The notes beneath the pieces were generated by a model. It worked only from the letters and a program-made list of their open reading frames with translations, was not told the origin of the DNA and searched no databases. The position numbers and the translations under genes are program-made. From NCBI GenBank assembly GCA_964016885.1, contig OZ024754.1:24552001-24616000 (forward strand): a DNA stretch of 64,000 nucleotides, given 5' to 3'. The stretch is from Eledone cirrhosa. Lineage: Eukaryota. Positions 59,401 through 64,000 of the stretch are shown in pieces; position 1 is the stretch's first letter; the number at the start of each line of letters is the position of its first letter.

Positions 59401-62400
59401 GCTACAGATCTACAGACAAGGCTACATACCTACAGATAGGGCTACAGATCTACAGATAGGGCTACAGATCTACAGACAAGGCTATAGTTCTACAGATAGG
59501 GCTACAGAACTACAGATAAGGCTACAGATCTATAGATAAGGCTACAGGGCTACAGATATACAGATAAAGCTACATATCTATAGATAGTGCTACAGATCTA
59601 CAGATAGGGCTACAGATCTACAGACAAGGCTATAGATCTACAGATAAGGCAACAGATCTACATATAAGGCTACAGATCTACAGATAAGGCTACAGATCTA
59701 CAGTTAGGGCTACAGATATACATATACGGCTACAGATCTACAGATAGGGCTACAGATCTACAGATAAGGCTACATATCTACAGGTAGGGCTACAAATCAA
59801 AAGATAAGGCTACAAATCTATAGATAAGGCTACAGATCTACAGATAGGGCTACAGATCTACAGATAAGGCCACAGATCAACAGATAAGACTGCAGATCTA
59901 CAGAAAAGGCTACAGATCTAAAGATAAGGCAACAGATCTACAGATAAGGCTACAGATCTACAGATAGGGCTGCAGATCTACAGAGATGTCTACAGATGGG
60001 GCTACAGATCTAAAGATAGCGCTACAGATCTACAGATAGGGCTACAGATATACAGACAGGGCTAAAGATCTACAGATAGGGCTACAAACCTACAGGTAGG
60101 GCTACGGATCTACAGATAGGTCTCCAGATATACAGAATGTGGTACAGATCTACAGATAGGGCTACAAATCTACAGATAAAGCTACAAATCTACAGATAAG
60201 GCTACAAATCTACAGATAAGGCTACAGATAAGGCTACTGACCTATAGATAAGGCTACAGAACTACAGATAGGCTACAGATAAGGCTACAGATCTACAGAT
60301 AAGGCTACAAATAGTGCTACAGATCTACAAATAGGTCTACAGATAGGGCTACAGATCTACCGATAAAGTTAAAGATCTACAGTTAAGGCTACAGATCTAC
60401 AGATAAGGCTACAGATCTACAGATAGGGCTCAGGTCTACAGATCTAAAGATAAGGCTACAGATCTACATATAGGGCTACAGATATACAGACAAGGTTACA
60501 GATCTACAGATAGGGCTACAGATCTACAAATAAGGCTACAGATATACATATAGGGCTACAGATCTACAGACAAGGCTACAGAACCTCAGATAAGGCTACA
60601 GATCTACAGATAAAGCTACAGATCTACGGATAGGGCTACAGATCTACAGATATGGCTATATATCTACAGAAAGGGCTACAGATCTACAGATAAGGCTACA
60701 GATCTACATATAAGGCTACAGATCTACAGATAAAACTACAGATCTACAGATAGGGCTACAGATCTACAGATAAGGCTACAGATCTACAGTTAGGGCTACA
60801 GATCTACAGATAAGGCTACAGATCGACAGATAAAACTACAGGGCTACAGATCTACAGATAGGTCTACATATCTACAAATCTACAGATATGGCTAGAGATC
60901 TACAGATAAGGCTACAGATCTACAGATAGGGCTGCCGATCTACAGATAAGGCTACAGATCTATAGATAAAGCTACAGATGGACAGATAAGGCCACAGATC
61001 TACAGATAAGACTGCAGATCTACAGATAAGGCTACAGATCTACAGATAAAGCTACAGATCTAAAGATAAAGCTACAGAAATACAGATAAAATTACAGATC
61101 TACAGATATGGCTACAGATCTACAGATATTTCTACAGATAGTGCTACATATCTAAAGATAGCGCTACAGATCTACCGATAGGTCTACAGATAGGGCTACA
61201 CATCTACAGGTAGGGCTACAGATCTACAGATAGGGCTACAGATCTACAGGTAGGGCTACAGATCTACAGATAGGGCTACAGATCTACAGATAGCGCTACA
61301 GATATACAGATAGGGCTACAGTTCTACAGATAGGGCTACAAATCTACAGATATGGCTGCAAATCTACCGATAAGGCTACAGATCTACAGATAAGGCTACA
61401 GATCTACAGATACGTCTACAGATAGGGCTACAGCACTACAAATAGGTCTACAGATCTACAGATAGTGCTACAGATCTACAGATAGGGCTACAGATGTACA
61501 GATCTACAGATAAGGTTACAGATCTACATATAGGGCTACAGATCTACAGACAAGGCTACATATCTACAGATAGGGCTACAGATCTACAGATACGGCTACA
61601 GATCTACAGACAACGCTATAGATCTACAGATAGGGCTACAGAACTACAGATAAGGCTACAGATCTATAGATAAGGCTACAGGGCTACAGATATACAGATA
61701 AAGCTACATATCTATAGATAGGGTTACAGATCTACAGATAGGGCTACAGATCTACAGACAAGACTATAGATCTACAGATAAGGCAACAGATCTACATATA
61801 AGGCTACAGATCTACAGATAAGGCTACAGATCTACAGTTAGGGCTACAGATATACAGATAGGGCTACAGATCTACAGATAGGGCTACAGATCTACAGATA
61901 AGGCTACATATCTACAGGTAGGGCTACAAATCTACAGATAAGGCTACAAATCTATAGATAAGGCTACAGATCTACAGATAGGGCTACAGATCTACAGATA
62001 AGGCCACAGATCAACAGATAAGACTGCAGATCTACAGAAAAGGCTACAGATCTAAAGATTAGGCAACAGATCTACAGATAAGGCTACAGATCTACAGATA
62101 GGGCTGCAGATCTACAGAGATGTCTACAGATAGGGCTACAGATCTAAAGATAGCGCTACAGATCTACAGATAGGGCTACAGATCTACAGACAGGGCTAAA
62201 GATCTACAGATAGGGCTACAAACCTACAGGTAGGGCTACGGATCTACAGATAGGTCTCCAGATATACAGATAGTGGTACAGATCTACAGATAGAGCTACA
62301 AATCTACAGATAAAGCTACAAATCTACAGATAAGTCTACAAATAGAGCTACAGATCTACAAATAGGTCTACAGATAGGGCTACAGATCTACCAATAAAGT

Positions 62401-63960
62401 TAAAGATCTACAGATAAGGCTACAGATCTACAGATAAGGCTACAGATCTACAGATAGGGCTCAGATCTACAGATCTAAAGATAAGGCTACAGATCTACAT
62501 ATAGGGTTACAGATATACAGACAAGGCTACAGAACCTCAGATAAGGCTACAGATCTACAGATAAAGCTACAGATCTACGGATAGGGCTACAGATCTACAG
62601 ATATGGCTACATATCTACAGAAAGGGCTACAGATCTACAGATAAGGCTACAGATCTACACATAAGGCTACAGATCTACAGTTAGGGCTACAGATCTACAG
62701 ATAAGGCTACAGATCGACAGATAAAACTACAGGGCTACAGATCTACAGATAGGTCTACATAGCTACAAATCTGCAGATAAGCCTAGAGATCTACAGATAA
62801 GGTTACAGATCTACAGATAGGGCTACAGATCTATAGATAAAGCTACAGATGGACAGATAAGGCCACAGATCTACAGATAAGACTGCAGATCTACAGATAA
62901 GGCTAAAGATCTACAGATAGGGCTACAGATCTTCAGATAAATCTACAATCCGACGGATAGAGCTACAGATCTACAGATAAAGCTACATATCTCAAGATAA
63001 AGCTACAGTTCTACAGATAAAGCTACAGATCTAAAGATAAAGCTACAGAAATACATATAAAATTACAGATCTACAGATATGGCTACAGTTCTACAGATAT
63101 GTCTACAGATCTACAGACAAGGCTACATATCTACAGATAGCGCTACAGATCTACTGATAGGTCTACAGATAGGGCTACAGATCTACAGATAGCGCTAGAG
63201 ATCTACAGATAGGGCTACAGATCTACAGATAGGGCTGCAGATCTACAGATATGGCTACAGATCTACAGATAGGGCTACAAATCTACAGATATTGCTACAA
63301 ATCTACCGATAAGGCTACAGATCTACAGATAAGGCTACAGATCTACAGATAGGGCTACAGATGTACAGATCTACAGATAAGGCTACAGATCTACATATAG
63401 GGCTACAGAACTACAGACAAGGCTACATATCTACAGATAGGGCTACAGATCTACAGATAGGGCTACAGATCTACAGACAAGGCTATAGATCTACAGATAG
63501 GGCTACAGATCTACAGATACGGCTACAGATCTACAGACAAGGCTATAGATCTACAGATAGGGCTACAGAACTACAGATAAGGCTACAGATCTATAGATAA
63601 GGCTACAGGGCAACAGATATACAGATAAAGCTACATATCTATAGATAGGGTTACAGATCTACAGATAGGGCTACAGATCTACAGACAAGACTATAGATCT
63701 ACATATAAAGCAACAGATCTACATATAAGGCTACAGATCTACAGATAAGGCTACAGATCTACAGTTAGGGCTACAGATATACAGACAGGGCTACAGATCT
63801 ACAGATAGGGCTACAGATCTACAGATAAGGCTACATATCTACAGGTAGGGCTACAAATCTACAGATAAGGCTACAAATCTATAGATAAGGCTACAGATCT
63901 ACAGATAGGGCTACAGATCTACAGATAAGGCCACAGATCAACAGATAAGACTGCAGATCT
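49931..63960 (+). repeat. Near-perfect tandem duplication, period 6966 bp (~2.0 copies)
   Basis: Identical ORFs at 56395/63361, AATGTGG 50265/57231 and 53170/60136, GGTTTCC 50766/57732, and five cassette pairs are all offset by 6966. Identity breaks at 49928-49930 and at 63961. Two mismatches noticed (56076 A/63042 G; 56820 T/63786 C). Confidence 0.93.
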
Positions 63961-64000
63961 TGAGAAAAGGCTATAGATCTAAAGATTAGGCAACAGATCT

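Larger units (their letters stand above)
1..64000 (+). repeat. Satellite/minisatellite array, 20-bp monomer CTACAGATCTACAGATA(A/G)GG (8-bp + 12-bp sub-units); runs off both window ends
   Basis: Every line of the window parses into CTACAGAT and CTACAGAT+4-bp linker units (AAGG, AGGG, AAAG, AGGT, ATGG and others). The 20-bp phase is visible as vertical columns in the 60-bp lines. No unique insert or inverted block was seen. Confidence 0.99.
39700..64000 (+). repeat. Younger HOR domain defined by the cassette AAACCTACAGGTAGGGCTACGGATC...GGTCTCCAGATATACAGATAGTGGTAC
   Basis: The cassette's ACC lies at 41541, 42516, 43680, 45699, 46471, 47311, 47830, 48842, 50217, 50735, 51747, 53122, 55256, 57183, 57701, 58713, 60088 and 62222 (18 seen). 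It was not noticed upstream of 41.5 kb. Confidence 0.85.

Noticed and set aside
63361-63600. Second identical 79-aa ORF as evidence of conservation
   Set aside because: The identity is explained by the 6966-bp duplication; flanking non-ORF sequence is equally identical.
1-64000. CRISPR array or repeat-spacer system
   Set aside because: There are no unique spacers, only 0- or 4-bp low-diversity linkers, and no cas genes or leader.
1-64000. Telomeric array (TAGGG/TAAGGC resemblance; TTAGGG and TTAGGC in variants such as 2179 and 4767)
   Set aside because: The hexamers are isolated single-substitution variants and never tandem. The kb-scale HOR structure points to recombinational amplification rather than telomerase synthesis. 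A subtelomeric location is not excluded.
1-64000. Giant repetitive protein gene on either strand
   Set aside because: The + strand has a stop every ~60 bp per frame and the - strand has TAG twice per monomer. The ORF track shows nothing longer than 79 aa.
1-64000. Bacterial Dam/GATC cluster or iteron-type replication origin
   Set aside because: GATC is simply the junction of two cores. The 64-kb gene-free scale does not fit a prokaryotic origin.
1-64000. Embedded transposon, inversion or unique island
   Set aside because: None was seen on reading through. The longest non-consensus stretches are under ~20 bp, although a very short insert could have been missed by eye.
1-64000. Variants as mere sequencing noise or synthetic sequence
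   Set aside because: Rare variants recur in the same order at fixed kb-scale offsets with graded divergence, which random error would not produce.

Overview
The whole 64-kb window is one uninterrupted, single-orientation satellite-type tandem array. I see no genes, RNA genes, transposons, CRISPR spacers or unique DNA. The monomer is 20 bp, consensus CTACAGAT-CTACAGAT-A(A/G)GG. It is built from an 8-bp core (CTACAGAT) alternating with a 12-bp core-plus-linker unit, giving roughly 3,200 units by length (estimate, not a count). Rare variant monomers act as barcodes and reveal a layered higher-order repeat (HOR) history: a near-perfect 4191-bp tandem duplication (~1578-9983), a three-copy diverged 3.2-4.3 kb HOR (~20.5-32.5 kb), a more diverged 1.1-1.6 kb domain (~32.5-38.6 kb), and a younger domain (~39.7-64 kb) with a 2905-bp duplication overlapped by a near-perfect 6966-bp duplication. 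The two 79-aa ORFs are by-products of the repeat. Arrays of this size are typical of eukaryotic heterochromatin, but I cannot assign the organism or a named satellite family. I found no evidence of a novel protein-coding system; the interest lies in the array architecture. All offsets and mismatches were read by eye and need confirmation by alignment.
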